The translations under genes were made by a program, and so were the position numbers. A model generated the notes under the pieces. It saw only the letters and a list, made by a program, of their open reading frames with translations, was not told the DNA's origin and searched no databases. A DNA stretch of 32,000 bases, taken from positions 89,230 through 121,229 of the forward strand of contig JBBDRI010000032.1 of assembly GCA_040905545.1 (NCBI GenBank). Reading direction: 5' to 3'. This document shows positions 1 through 9,086 of the stretch, in pieces (position 1 is the stretch's first letter; each line of letters begins with the position of its first letter). Origin of the DNA: Gemmatimonadota bacterium. Lineage in GTDB: Bacteria; Gemmatimonadota; Gemmatimonadetes; Longimicrobiales; Gaopeijiaceae.

Positions 1-50
1 CCGGGTCCCGGACATATTCCGGGACCCGGATCACACCTGACCCCTACAAT

Positions 51-749
51 CTAATCCATTCCATCGGAGGAACCGGCAACCCTGGGGGACGGCCCGGCGC
101 TACCGAAGTCCACTACCACAGCCACCCGACGGTTCTGCCACCCTTCCCCACCGGGGCCGGCGGCGCCGGCGATGATCTGCCGCTCAGGCGCTGAACCGTA
201 ACTCACCGCTCGGATTCGCTGGGCGTCCACACCCCGGCCTACAAGATGATCCTGAACTGCTTCAGCCCTTCGCTGACCCAACCGGAGGTTGTAATCCCGG
301 GAGCCCGAGGGGTCCGCGAAGCCCTCCACGGTGAGAACCGCGTCGGGATAATACCCCTCCAGAATCTCTGCCATCCGATCCAGGAGCGGAATGTCCTCTG
401 AGCGGAGGGCGGCCTCGTCGAAGGCGAAGTGCACCGGGGTGTTGAACCGCACCGCCGACTCCAGTCGCTCCACCGTGACCCGGAACTCGCCCTCCAGTTC
501 CTCCACCGCACCCTCCAGTCCGGCAAGCCGTCCGTCCATGCGGCTCTCCAACTGGCTCATCTCCCCTGTGAGGCGCCCCTCTACGGCTTCATCTCCCTGA
601 GCCATCTCTGTGCGGATACGATCCAGTTCTGTTTCCAACTGATCGGGTTTCACGTGGGCGCACCCTACGAGTCCTGCAGTCAAAGCGAGCACCGCCACCT
701 TTGTGCTTACGGACCCTACCGAGGGTCGAAGTCCCATCCCGCTAGTCAT
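51..749 (-). CDS. OmpA/Pal-like C-terminal domain protein with probable lipoprotein N-terminus
   Basis: Translation contains VHFAFDEAALRSEDIPLLDRMAEIL...LTVEGFADPSGSRDYNLRLGQRRAEAVQDHLVGRGV...SYG..., the peptidoglycan-binding OmpA motif. The track ORF begins at 1055 but overlaps the GNAT gene; MTSGMGLRPSVGSVSTKVAVLALTAGLVGCAH (lipobox-like) supports a start at about 749. Confidence 0.85.
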   Translation of the reverse strand: MTSGMGLRPSVGSVSTKVAVLALTAGLVGCAHVKPDQLETELDRIRTEMAQGDEAVEGRLTGEMSQLESRMDGRLAGLEGAVEELEGEFRVTVERLESAVRFNTPVHFAFDEAALRSEDIPLLDRMAEILEGYYPDAVLTVEGFADPSGSRDYNLRLGQRRAEAVQDHLVGRGVDAQRIRAVSYGSAPERQIIAGAAGPGGEGWQNRRVAVVVDFGSAGPSPRVAGSSDGMD

Positions 750-1000
750 GTCTTTCTCCAGGTCGGAAGTCATGGGTTGGCGGGTAGCCGACACCACCGC
801 CACACCCTCTCGACTTGCAACAATGATGCCAGCCACTCCGACCTCTTTCCATGACCGTTCCCAGGCCAGTTGCCAGGAAGTTTCCGGGATTCTTGCGGGG
901 AGACTCAGGAGAAAAATTCCCAGGCTATCGGAACGATTGCCCGGATTAAAAGGCCGTTGAAGAAGTACAGGGACCACCGGGATATGCCCCGCTCTGCGGT

Positions 1001-1750
1001 TCACTCCACTAAGGGAGGAGGCCGCCGGGGGAAGCCGGGATGCTCTCCCACCCATTCCCGATCCTGGAGCTGGAGGAGCATGTCCTGGAATCCAGAGTGC
1101 ACCAGAGGATACCGCACCCGATACCCCCGCCGATAGATGGAGTAGAGAATCCGCCTCACCTCGTCGGCTGGGAGCACCTCCCGTTCATCACCCACCGGCT
1201 GCCGATAGAGGATGAAGGCAGACGTTGTGCTCTCCGGGTTCATTCCCGGATGAAAGTAGGTGAGATCGAAGGTGATGGCCGCCCGACGCTGGAGGAGGCG
1301 AGTGAGCCAGTCGCTGTCTGCCTCGATCTCTCCCAGAGCCCAAGCCAGGTCGGGGTGACCTGCTGCTCGAGCATCCCTTCGGAGGCAACGCACCAGGGCA
1401 CTTCGGAGAGAAGGCCCCAACCTGCGGCCCTGAAAGTGGGGAGATACAGCCAGATAGGTCACAAAGCCGGCGTTGACACCCTCCAGGTAGATACCGGCTG
1501 CGGTGCCCACCACCTCCCCGTCCGATGTCACCGCCGCCATGAGATGAAAATCCATGGCGGCCAGGAGGCCCATCCTCTTCTCGGCCACCTCACTTCTGAG
1601 CTCGGAGAGGGGCTGCCGGTCAGGCCGGGAGAACGCCTGTCCGATGAGCTCCAGGGCGGCATCCGCCAGGGGTTCCCGCTCGTCGGAGATCTCGAGGATC
1701 TCCACCCTCTTCGGGGAGGGGAATCCTGGGCCGCTTCGGACGGGACTCAC
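1001..1750 (-). CDS. GNAT family N-acetyltransferase
   Basis: VVGTAAGIYLEGVNAGFVTYLAVSPHFQGRRLGPSLRSALV resembles the acetyl-CoA binding motif A (Q/RxxGxG/A) of GNAT enzymes. Its start codon overlaps the upstream stop (ATGA, 1747-1750). Confidence 0.75.
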   Translation of the reverse strand: MSPVRSGPGFPSPKRVEILEISDEREPLADAALELIGQAFSRPDRQPLSELRSEVAEKRMGLLAAMDFHLMAAVTSDGEVVGTAAGIYLEGVNAGFVTYLAVSPHFQGRRLGPSLRSALVRCLRRDARAAGHPDLAWALGEIEADSDWLTRLLQRRAAITFDLTYFHPGMNPESTTSAFILYRQPVGDEREVLPADEVRRILYSIYRRGYRVRYPLVHSGFQDMLLQLQDREWVGEHPGFPRRPPPLVE

Positions 1751-2598
1751 ACCGACCGGTCCCCCGGAACCCCGGTGTCATGAGAGGTCTTCTGGGCCGA
1801 CGGCTCCAACCCGAAGATCCGTACGCTGTTCTGCCACAGGATCTGCTCCCGTTCACTTTCCGTGAGCGCTAGTTTCTCCACGAAGGCCAGATAGCTTCCC
1901 ATGTCGCAGATGGGCCAGTCCGTGCCGTAGAGAAGCTTGCTCCGGTCTCCGGCGAAGGCGATGACCTCCTCTACCTGCCTCAGCATGTATCGCTCGAAGC
2001 GCTCTTCGAAGTGCTTCAGGGTAAAGCCCGAAATGTCTCCCACCACGTTGTCGTTCTTGTAGATCACCTCCATGGCATCGGTGATCCAGGGATTTCCGAT
2101 GTGGCAGATGACGAAGGTGACATCCCGGAAGTCAACGGCCACCTCATCCACTTGCAGGGGGTGGGCGTACTTGAGTTTCCCTTTGGGATCGAAGGTGTCG
2201 CCGGTATGGATCATCACCGGCACCCCGAACTCCCCCGCCAGTTCATAGACCACCGTCATCCGGGGATCGCTCACGTAGAATGGCTCGTACCCGGGGTACA
2301 ACTTCAGCCCCCGGATGCGGCCTTCGGTGAGCAGCTGACGAAGCCTCGCGAGATCCTGTGCCCTGTAATTGAGGTAGCTCACCCCTGCCACCACCGTGAT
2401 CTGGGGGTCGTCACCCACCACATCCAGAATCTCATCCACCGAGGGGCGCGCCTCATTCACCTGGTAGCTGGAAAGGACCACCGCATGGTCGATGCCGTGC
2501 CTGTCCATCTCCGATTTGAGCAAGCGGTAGCGCCCTTCCAGGGTGGGAGGATCTTCGTCCTCGTAGCGATTCAGATGCACATGGCAGTCGATGATCAA
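1747..2598 (-). CDS. Amidohydrolase_2-type metal-dependent hydrolase (TIM barrel)
   Basis: IIDCHVHLN near the N-terminus, VMIHTGDT, FVICHIGNPW, and LLYGTDWPICD near the C-terminus. The track ORF starts at 2841, inside the upstream gene; a TTG at 2598 (M/L-IIDCHVHLN) is the more plausible start. Confidence 0.8.
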   Translation of the reverse strand: MIIDCHVHLNRYEDEDPPTLEGRYRLLKSEMDRHGIDHAVVLSSYQVNEARPSVDEILDVVGDDPQITVVAGVSYLNYRAQDLARLRQLLTEGRIRGLKLYPGYEPFYVSDPRMTVVYELAGEFGVPVMIHTGDTFDPKGKLKYAHPLQVDEVAVDFRDVTFVICHIGNPWITDAMEVIYKNDNVVGDISGFTLKHFEERFERYMLRQVEEVIAFAGDRSKLLYGTDWPICDMGSYLAFVEKLALTESEREQILWQNSVRIFGLEPSAQKTSHDTGVPGDRSV

Positions 2599-2665
2599 TG
2601 GAGCACTCCAGGGTTGATGGGATAGGCATGGAAGACCCGAAGGCAGGATGCCAGGTTCCGCCGTG

Positions 2666-4078
2666 TCAGCCGAACAGCTGGGTTGCCTCCACCAGGACCA
2701 GGTCGTCTCCAGTGCGGGCCAGTCGCACCAATTCGCTAGTGAAGCTGCATCCGGACACCATGATGCGCACCCTGCGCTCCCGGCCGAAGCCGTAACGGGT
2801 CTCATCCATATTTCGTTCCAACGCATCCAGATGAAGAACATCCAGAGGGTCTCCGCGCCACCGGGTCACCCCGTAGAACGGCGCTCCGCTGAGAAGCGTA
2901 CCGGCCAGGCCGATACTGTGGTTGGCTCCCCAGATTCCCCCCACTTCCCGGGCCTTGAAGCCCACGCCGGGGATCTCCCGGTGGAGGAGAATCTCTTCCA
3001 CCGCCCGACCCAGATTCCGCTGGGTGGCATCCTCCATCCACTCCTCAAGCCGGCCATCATCCACCCAGCCCGCGCCGGCAAAGCGGAATCGTCCCAGGTG
3101 AGGAAGCACTGCTCTCAACCAGAATTCCACGAAGGGGTCTGCCACCCGATATCGGCGACGGCGTGCTCCTGGCGGTGCGTCCAGGGGCCGCTGGGAATCA
3201 ACCCAGCCCAGCTCCTCCAATCTCGACATATAGGGAGCCACGGCGGCAGAGGTGGTGAATGGCCCCCCCATCTTCACCACCTCCCCCCAACTGCGGGCAC
3301 CGTGGGCCAGTGCCCGGAGAACCGCCAGATACCGGCCTGGTCCCTGGAAGTCCTCCTGGAGCCGGTGAAGTGGCTCCCGGTGTAGCACTCCGTGGGGGTC
3401 CAGAACCAGGTGCCGGATGCTCTCCATCACCGACTTGCCGGGCTCCAGGTGCCGCAGGACCCGAGGAAGCCCACCCAGCGTACACCAACATCGGAGAACA
3501 TCCGCGACGCCGTCGCCCGTATGCTTGGAGCGAATAGCAGGGGGATCCAGGGCTCTGACCTCGGCCACCGAACCCGGTCGGAGGTCATGTCCCGGCGGCA
3601 GGACGAGTGGCGGACGGGGATCGCGAAAAGAGGATCCCTCTCCCCGGAGCCGGTCCAACCAACCCCTGCCTCTCCCCATGAGCACCAGAAGGCGGGGGTC
3701 ACGACTCCGGGCCAGGCGCTGCCAGAACTCTCCCATTTCCCGACCTACCCGGCCTCCGCCGGTGAGGAGATCGTCCGCATCGTCCAGCACCCACACCCGC
3801 GGACCGGGCTGGCTCTCCACCCGTCTCAATAGCTCCCTCCACCCCGGCGGGTCGCCTTCTTGCCCCAGATAGTTCGCCACCTGGCGGCGGACCGCCACAT
3901 CGTCGTGAGCGCGGCATTCGATCCAGGCCACATCCCAGCCAGTCAGGGCCGCCGCCAGCCGAGATGACTTTCCAACGCCCGCCGCTCCGTGAACCCAGAG
4001 CAGACTCGACCGATCCAGGCGCAGACGAGCTGAGACGGCTGGGGCAAGGGAAAGGTGCAGCGGTAGATTGTTGTCCAT
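2666..4078 (-). CDS. AAA/STAND-like ATPase of the archaeal-type ATPase + DUF234 family
   Basis: Walker A GAAGVGKSS, Walker B-like RVWVLDDADD, winged-helix region ending YMSRLEELGWVDSQRPL...RRYRVADPFVEFWLRAV, and C-terminal FTSELVRLARTGDDLVLVEATQL resembling the DUF234 tail. Confidence 0.7.
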   Translation of the reverse strand: MDNNLPLHLSLAPAVSARLRLDRSSLLWVHGAAGVGKSSRLAAALTGWDVAWIECRAHDDVAVRRQVANYLGQEGDPPGWRELLRRVESQPGPRVWVLDDADDLLTGGGRVGREMGEFWQRLARSRDPRLLVLMGRGRGWLDRLRGEGSSFRDPRPPLVLPPGHDLRPGSVAEVRALDPPAIRSKHTGDGVADVLRCWCTLGGLPRVLRHLEPGKSVMESIRHLVLDPHGVLHREPLHRLQEDFQGPGRYLAVLRALAHGARSWGEVVKMGGPFTTSAAVAPYMSRLEELGWVDSQRPLDAPPGARRRRYRVADPFVEFWLRAVLPHLGRFRFAGAGWVDDGRLEEWMEDATQRNLGRAVEEILLHREIPGVGFKAREVGGIWGANHSIGLAGTLLSGAPFYGVTRWRGDPLDVLHLDALERNMDETRYGFGRERRVRIMVSGCSFTSELVRLARTGDDLVLVEATQLFG

Positions 4079-4205
4079 TACAGAAATTATCTTAGCCTAT
4101 CAAAAATATCTACCATACCAACCCACACACCCCTTCCCGGGGAGTTGGGAACCGGGCAACTTTCGTACCAGCACTTCCACCCTGAACCCCGAGGTCGTCC
4201 ACACC

Positions 4206-6398
4206 ATGTCTTCCCGAGCTGCGAATCGCTTCGACTCTCTTCAGGCCGCCACCGGATGGAACCCCGAGAATGGTTCCGGCCACCGGACCGGAGGAGGAGA
4301 CTTCCTGGAAGAGATCTACGGATCCCGGACCTTCGGCCTTCCCCAGATGAAGGCCCGCCTGCCGAAGCATGTCTACAAGGCCCTTCTCAGCACCATCGAA
4401 GAGGGAACCCCCATCGATGCTTCCCTGGCTGATGCGGTAGCGGTGGCCATGAAGGATTGGGCCCTGGAGCATGGCGCCACCCACTTCACCCACTGGTTCC
4501 AGCCTCTCACGGGTCTCACGGCGGAGAAACATGACTCCTTCCTGACGGTGGGTCCCGATGGACGCGCCCTCTCGGAGTTCAGTGGGGGTGATCTGGTGCG
4601 GGGCGAGCCCGACGCCTCCTCCTTCCCATCCGGCGGCCTGCGGGCCACTTTCGAGGCTCGCGGTTACACCGCGTGGGACCCCACGTCTCCGGCCTTCCTG
4701 GTGGAGTCCCCCAGCGGGAGCGTCCTCTGCATTCCCACGGGCTTCACCTCGTGGACCGGGGATGCCCTGGACAAGAAGATCCCGTTGCTGCGCTCCCTGG
4801 ATGCCCTGGACAAGCAGACCCGTCGGGCACTGGAGCTCTTCGACGAGCCCGCCACCCGGGTCACGGCTAATCTGGGGCCGGAGCAGGAGTTCTTCCTGGT
4901 GGACCAGGAGTTCTTCTACCGCCGACCCGACCTCATGACCTCCGGACGCACCCTCTTCGGGGCACCCCCGCCCAGGGGTCAGGAGATGGAAGACCACTAC
5001 TTCGGCTCCATCCCTGAACGGGTCCTGGCGTTCATGCACGACGTAGAGACCGAGTTGTACCGTCTGGGGGTACCCATCAAGACCCGGCACAATGAGGTGG
5101 CGCCAGGCCAGTTCGAAATGGCCCCGGTCTATGAGCATGCGAACCTGGCCGCCGATCACCAGCAGCTCACCATGCTGGCCCTGCGAAAATACGCCCGGAA
5201 CTATGGACTCGTCTGCCTCATGCACGAGAAGCCTTTCGCGGGGGTGAACGGCTCGGGCAAGCACCTGAACTGGTCGTTCGGAACGGAGTCCAACAACCTG
5301 CTGGACCCCGGCGAGACCCCCCACGACAACCGTCTCTTCCTCTTCTTCACCACGGCGGTGCTGAGAGCCGTATTTCGCCATCAGGACCTCCTCCGGGCAG
5401 CCATCGCCCATCCCGGAAACGACCATCGTCTGGGGGCCAACGAAGCCCCCCCCTCCATCATCTCCGTCTTCCTGGGCGACCAACTCCAGGACGTCATGGA
5501 CCAGATCGCCGAAACCGGCGAGGCTCAGGGCAGTTCCGAGGGGGGACTTCTGGGCCTGGGAGTGTCCATCCTTCCGGCTCTGCCCCGGCATGCGGGTGAT
5601 CGGAACCGCACCTCACCCTTCGCCTTCACGGGCAATAAGTTCGAATTCCGGGCTGTGGGCGCGTCTCAGAGCATCTCCTTCCCCGCAACCGTGCTGAACA
5701 CCATCGCGGCGGAATCCATCGATGAGATGACCTCTGAGCTGGAGGAGGCTCTCAAGGGGGGCGCTGACCTGCGAGACGCCCTTCGGAGTCTCCTGGCCCG
5801 TGAGATCCGGGCCTGCAAGGACATCGTCTTCAACGGAGACGGATATTCCGACGAATGGGTGGAGGAAGCCGGGCGCCGGGGACTCCTGAACCTCCCCACG
5901 GCCATGGACGCCCTGCCGCGGCTGGTAGACGAGAAGAATCTCGGGTTGTTCGAGAAGTACGACGTGCTTCGCCCGAGGGAGTTGGAATCTCGCTATGAGA
6001 TCATGGTGGAGCGCTACTTCAAATCCATCAACATCGAAGGTGAGACCGCCGCCAACGTGGCTCGGACCATGGTGATCCCGGCAGCCACCCGATACATGGA
6101 CGAACTCCTGGGTGCTGTAGAAAAGGCAGAGGCCCGGGGAATCTCCAGCCCGGCGCTGTTTCGGGAGGCCCAGGAACTGTCAAAGCTTCTGAATGACGCC
6201 CTGGAGGCCCTTCGCACCCTGGAGGCCCAGAACGCAGAACTGGGAGGCGATACGGTTCACTCCAAGGCCGAGCATATGCGGAGCAACATCATTCCCGCCA
6301 TGCGTGCCCTCCGGGAGCACGCAGACCGGTTGGAGCGGACCGTGCCGGACGATCTGTGGCCGCTTCCCACCTACCGGGACATGCTCTTCGTCAAATAG
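4206..6398 (+). CDS. glnN: Glutamine synthetase type III
   Basis: ATHFTHWFQPLTGLTAEKHDSF, FSGGDLVRGEPDASSFPSGGLRATFEARGYTAWDPTSPAF, PIKTRHNEVAPGQFEMAP, NKFEFRAVGASQS are characteristic GSIII motifs. The track ORF start is 4068, overlapping the divergent gene; ATG at 4206 is more plausible. Confidence 0.93.
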   Translation: MSSRAANRFDSLQAATGWNPENGSGHRTGGGDFLEEIYGSRTFGLPQMKARLPKHVYKALLSTIEEGTPIDASLADAVAVAMKDWALEHGATHFTHWFQPLTGLTAEKHDSFLTVGPDGRALSEFSGGDLVRGEPDASSFPSGGLRATFEARGYTAWDPTSPAFLVESPSGSVLCIPTGFTSWTGDALDKKIPLLRSLDALDKQTRRALELFDEPATRVTANLGPEQEFFLVDQEFFYRRPDLMTSGRTLFGAPPPRGQEMEDHYFGSIPERVLAFMHDVETELYRLGVPIKTRHNEVAPGQFEMAPVYEHANLAADHQQLTMLALRKYARNYGLVCLMHEKPFAGVNGSGKHLNWSFGTESNNLLDPGETPHDNRLFLFFTTAVLRAVFRHQDLLRAAIAHPGNDHRLGANEAPPSIISVFLGDQLQDVMDQIAETGEAQGSSEGGLLGLGVSILPALPRHAGDRNRTSPFAFTGNKFEFRAVGASQSISFPATVLNTIAAESIDEMTSELEEALKGGADLRDALRSLLAREIRACKDIVFNGDGYSDEWVEEAGRRGLLNLPTAMDALPRLVDEKNLGLFEKYDVLRPRELESRYEIMVERYFKSINIEGETAANVARTMVIPAATRYMDELLGAVEKAEARGISSPALFREAQELSKLLNDALEALRTLEAQNAELGGDTVHSKAEHMRSNIIPAMRALREHADRLERTVPDDLWPLPTYRDMLFVK

Positions 6399-6471
6399 TA
6401 CAGACGGCAACGCGTGGGGCGGCTCTCCCTCCCGTGTTGTCTTGGCCCCTCCTTCTCTCCAGCTTGCTGAC

Positions 6472-8025
6472 ATGACCAGGGGAGGAGGGGCCGTTGCATG
6501 TGGGCACCCGGTGACATGCCGGGCCGCGGAAGACGTGCTGCGAGCAGGGGGCAACGCATTCGATGCGGTGGCCGCCGCACTCTGGACGGCGTGCGTGGCT
6601 GAACCCGTACTGGCTTCCGTTGGGGGAGGCGGGTTCCTCATGGCCCGCCCCCATGGGGAGGAAGCCAGGGTCTACGATTTCTTCACCCACACGCCCCACC
6701 GGAGGATCCCACCCGACATCGAGGACTTCCGGGAGATCCAGGCCGATTTCGGTGCGGCCCAACAGGGCTTCCAAATCGGGCTGGGCTCCGCTGCCACCCC
6801 GGGGATGGTGGCGGGCATCTTCCGGTTCCATTCAGAACTGGGAACCCTCCCCCGCCAGGATGTCATGGCTCCGGCCATCGAAGCCGCCCGCCGGGGAGTG
6901 CCTCTGAACGAGGTGGGTGCCTACCTGCTCCAGGTGCTTTCTCCCATCCTCACCGCTACCCCGGGCGCGCAGGCAATCTTCGCACCAGGGGGAAGCCTCC
7001 TCACCCCAGGGGATACCCTCCGGCAGGGAGAACTGGCCCACCTCCTGGAAGCGCTGCTCACGGAAGGACCCGACCTCTTCTACCGGGGAGAAGTGGCGGA
7101 CAAGATCGGGCGAGCCTGTGAGGAAGGCGGAGGCCATCTCACCCGGCAGGATTTTCAGCGGTACCGCGTCCAGGTGCGACGCCCCCTTTCCACCTCGTTT
7201 CGGGCCTCGCGGGTGTGGTCCAATCCTGCGCCGGCATCCGGGGGACTCATGGTGGCCTTCGCCCTCCAGATGCTGGCAGATCCCCGGAGCGCGAGGGAAG
7301 CCATGGAAGCTCCTCTGAACCCGGTGATCCGGGCGGCCCGGGCCCTGGCCGTGACCCAGCGCGCCCGCCTCCAGGAGGGCCTGCTGGACGGCCTGGACGA
7401 CCGGCGGGCGCTGGAAGTCCTCTCACCGGAGATACTGTCTCGATACCGGGCTCTCACACGCCAAGGGTGGCCGGCCACCCGGGGCACCACCCACATCAGT
7501 GTGGTGGATTCCCAGGGCGGGGCCGCAGCGGTGACGGTGTCCAACGGGGAGGGGTGCGGATGGATGGTTCCCGGCACCGGCTTCATGCTGAACAACATGC
7601 TGGGTGAGGAAGACCTTCAGCCCGGGGGATTCCAACGCTGGCCTCTGGCCCAACGCCTCACATCCATGATGGCTCCCACCCTGGTGGAGGAGCCAGACGG
7701 AACCATCACGGTGCTGGGCTCCGGCGGCTCCAACCGGATCCGCTCAGCTCTGGTTCAGGTACTTCGAAGTCTCCTGGAGGAGGGCGTTTCCCTGGAGTCT
7801 GCCATCGCTTTCCCTCGAATCCATGTGGAGGGCGAGACGCTGGAGGTGGAGGGCGGATTCCCATCCCACATCCTGGCCGAACTGGTGAAGGAATGGCCCT
7901 CTCATCGAATCTGGGACGGCATGAATCTGTTCTTCGGCGGGGTTCATGCAGTGCGGAGGGGCCCCGACCTGCTGGAAGCCGGCGGCGACCCGCGTCGGGG
8001 AGGCGTATCAACTCTGGTGGCGTAA
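6472..8025 (+). CDS. ggt: Gamma-glutamyltransferase family protein (no obvious signal peptide)
   Basis: GGGAVACGHPVTCRAAEDVLRAGGNAFDAVAAA, GTTHISVVDSQGGAAAVTVSNGEGCGWMVPGTGFMLNNMLGE (catalytic Thr context), GSGGSNRIRSALVQV. In-frame start at ATG 6472. Confidence 0.88.
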   Translation: MTRGGGAVACGHPVTCRAAEDVLRAGGNAFDAVAAALWTACVAEPVLASVGGGGFLMARPHGEEARVYDFFTHTPHRRIPPDIEDFREIQADFGAAQQGFQIGLGSAATPGMVAGIFRFHSELGTLPRQDVMAPAIEAARRGVPLNEVGAYLLQVLSPILTATPGAQAIFAPGGSLLTPGDTLRQGELAHLLEALLTEGPDLFYRGEVADKIGRACEEGGGHLTRQDFQRYRVQVRRPLSTSFRASRVWSNPAPASGGLMVAFALQMLADPRSAREAMEAPLNPVIRAARALAVTQRARLQEGLLDGLDDRRALEVLSPEILSRYRALTRQGWPATRGTTHISVVDSQGGAAAVTVSNGEGCGWMVPGTGFMLNNMLGEEDLQPGGFQRWPLAQRLTSMMAPTLVEEPDGTITVLGSGGSNRIRSALVQVLRSLLEEGVSLESAIAFPRIHVEGETLEVEGGFPSHILAELVKEWPSHRIWDGMNLFFGGVHAVRRGPDLLEAGGDPRRGGVSTLVA

Positions 8026-8080
8026 CACCATCCAGGATGGGGGGCACCCGTACCTGGGCGCCTCACTCCGACTTTTGAAG

Positions 8081-8908
8081 TCAGTCCGGCTTGTGCAGGT
8101 GGACGTCCGTCTGCGGATACGGGATGGAGCAACCTGCCGCCTCCAACTCCTCTTTGAAAGTCCGAACCAGATCTCTCCGGAGTCCCCAGTAGTCTTCGCT
8201 ATTGCACCAGGGCCGCACCACGAAATTCACCGAACTGTCCGCCAGCTCATCCACGGCGATGAGGGGTTCGGGCTCGGCCAACACCCTCTTGTCTGCTCCG
8301 ATAACCCTCTCCAGTACTCCCTGCACCACCTTCAGGTCGTCGTCATAGGAAACCCCCACCACCAGATCCACCCGGCGGGTGGGGTTCGCCGAGAAGTTGC
8401 GGATGGTCTCCGTGAATACCTGGGAGTTGGGAATGGTGACCCGGATGTTGTCGCCGGAGTGGAGCACGGTGAAAAAGAGTCCTACCTCCTGCACGGTCCC
8501 CGAAGTTCCAGCCACATCCACCCAGTTACCCACCACAAACGGCCGAAAGGTGAGGAGCATGACTCCAGAGGCGAAATTGGCCAGCGTGCCCTGCAGCGCC
8601 AGACCCACCGCCAAACCTGCGGCACCCAGCACAGCGATGGCCGACGCGGTCTGCACCCCGAAAAGGTTCAGGACCGCCAGGACCACGAAGACCATGAGGC
8701 CCCAATAGGCCAGCCCCGAAAGGAACGGGATGAGGGTGGGGTCCAACCCTGTACGACCCAGATTGTCCCGGAGGCCCGTCCGGATTCGGGTAGCCACCCA
8801 ACGGCCCAGCAGGAACACGGCCAGTGCACCCAAGGCACTCAGTCCAAATTCGGTGAGGTACTCCACCAGCGTGTCCAGATGCCCTTGCACCGCGAATGAC
8901 TCCTGCAT
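8081..8908 (-). CDS. Small-conductance mechanosensitive ion channel, MscS family
   Basis: AVLGAAGLAVGLALQGTLANFASGVMLLTFRPFVVGNWVDVAGTSGTVQEVGLFFTVLHSGDNIRVTIPNSQVF: TM3 helix and beta domain signature of MscS. Confidence 0.93.
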   Translation of the reverse strand: MQESFAVQGHLDTLVEYLTEFGLSALGALAVFLLGRWVATRIRTGLRDNLGRTGLDPTLIPFLSGLAYWGLMVFVVLAVLNLFGVQTASAIAVLGAAGLAVGLALQGTLANFASGVMLLTFRPFVVGNWVDVAGTSGTVQEVGLFFTVLHSGDNIRVTIPNSQVFTETIRNFSANPTRRVDLVVGVSYDDDLKVVQGVLERVIGADKRVLAEPEPLIAVDELADSSVNFVVRPWCNSEDYWGLRRDLVRTFKEELEAAGCSIPYPQTDVHLHKPD

Positions 8909-9086
8909 CGGTCCTATTCCTCTATCTCAAATGGTCTGGTCTGTGGGCGCTTGATCTGCTCAAGGGTGGCCAGCCCCTCTCCCGGGCTGCCAACCCCGGA
9001 AGCCACTTCATGTTTCGGAACCCATGTACCGTGCCAGACTTCCTGGACCCGCATTTGACAGGAGTGGTTAATGAGGCCTAGCCTCG

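Noticed and set aside
4110-5591. 493-aa minus-strand ORF opposite glnN
   Set aside because: Antisense shadow ORF in high-GC coding sequence; the sense frame has strong GSIII motifs.
7946-8899. 317-aa plus-strand ORF opposite the MscS gene
   Set aside because: Composition is rich in His/Arg/Gln/Gly without recognisable domains; sense strand is clearly MscS.
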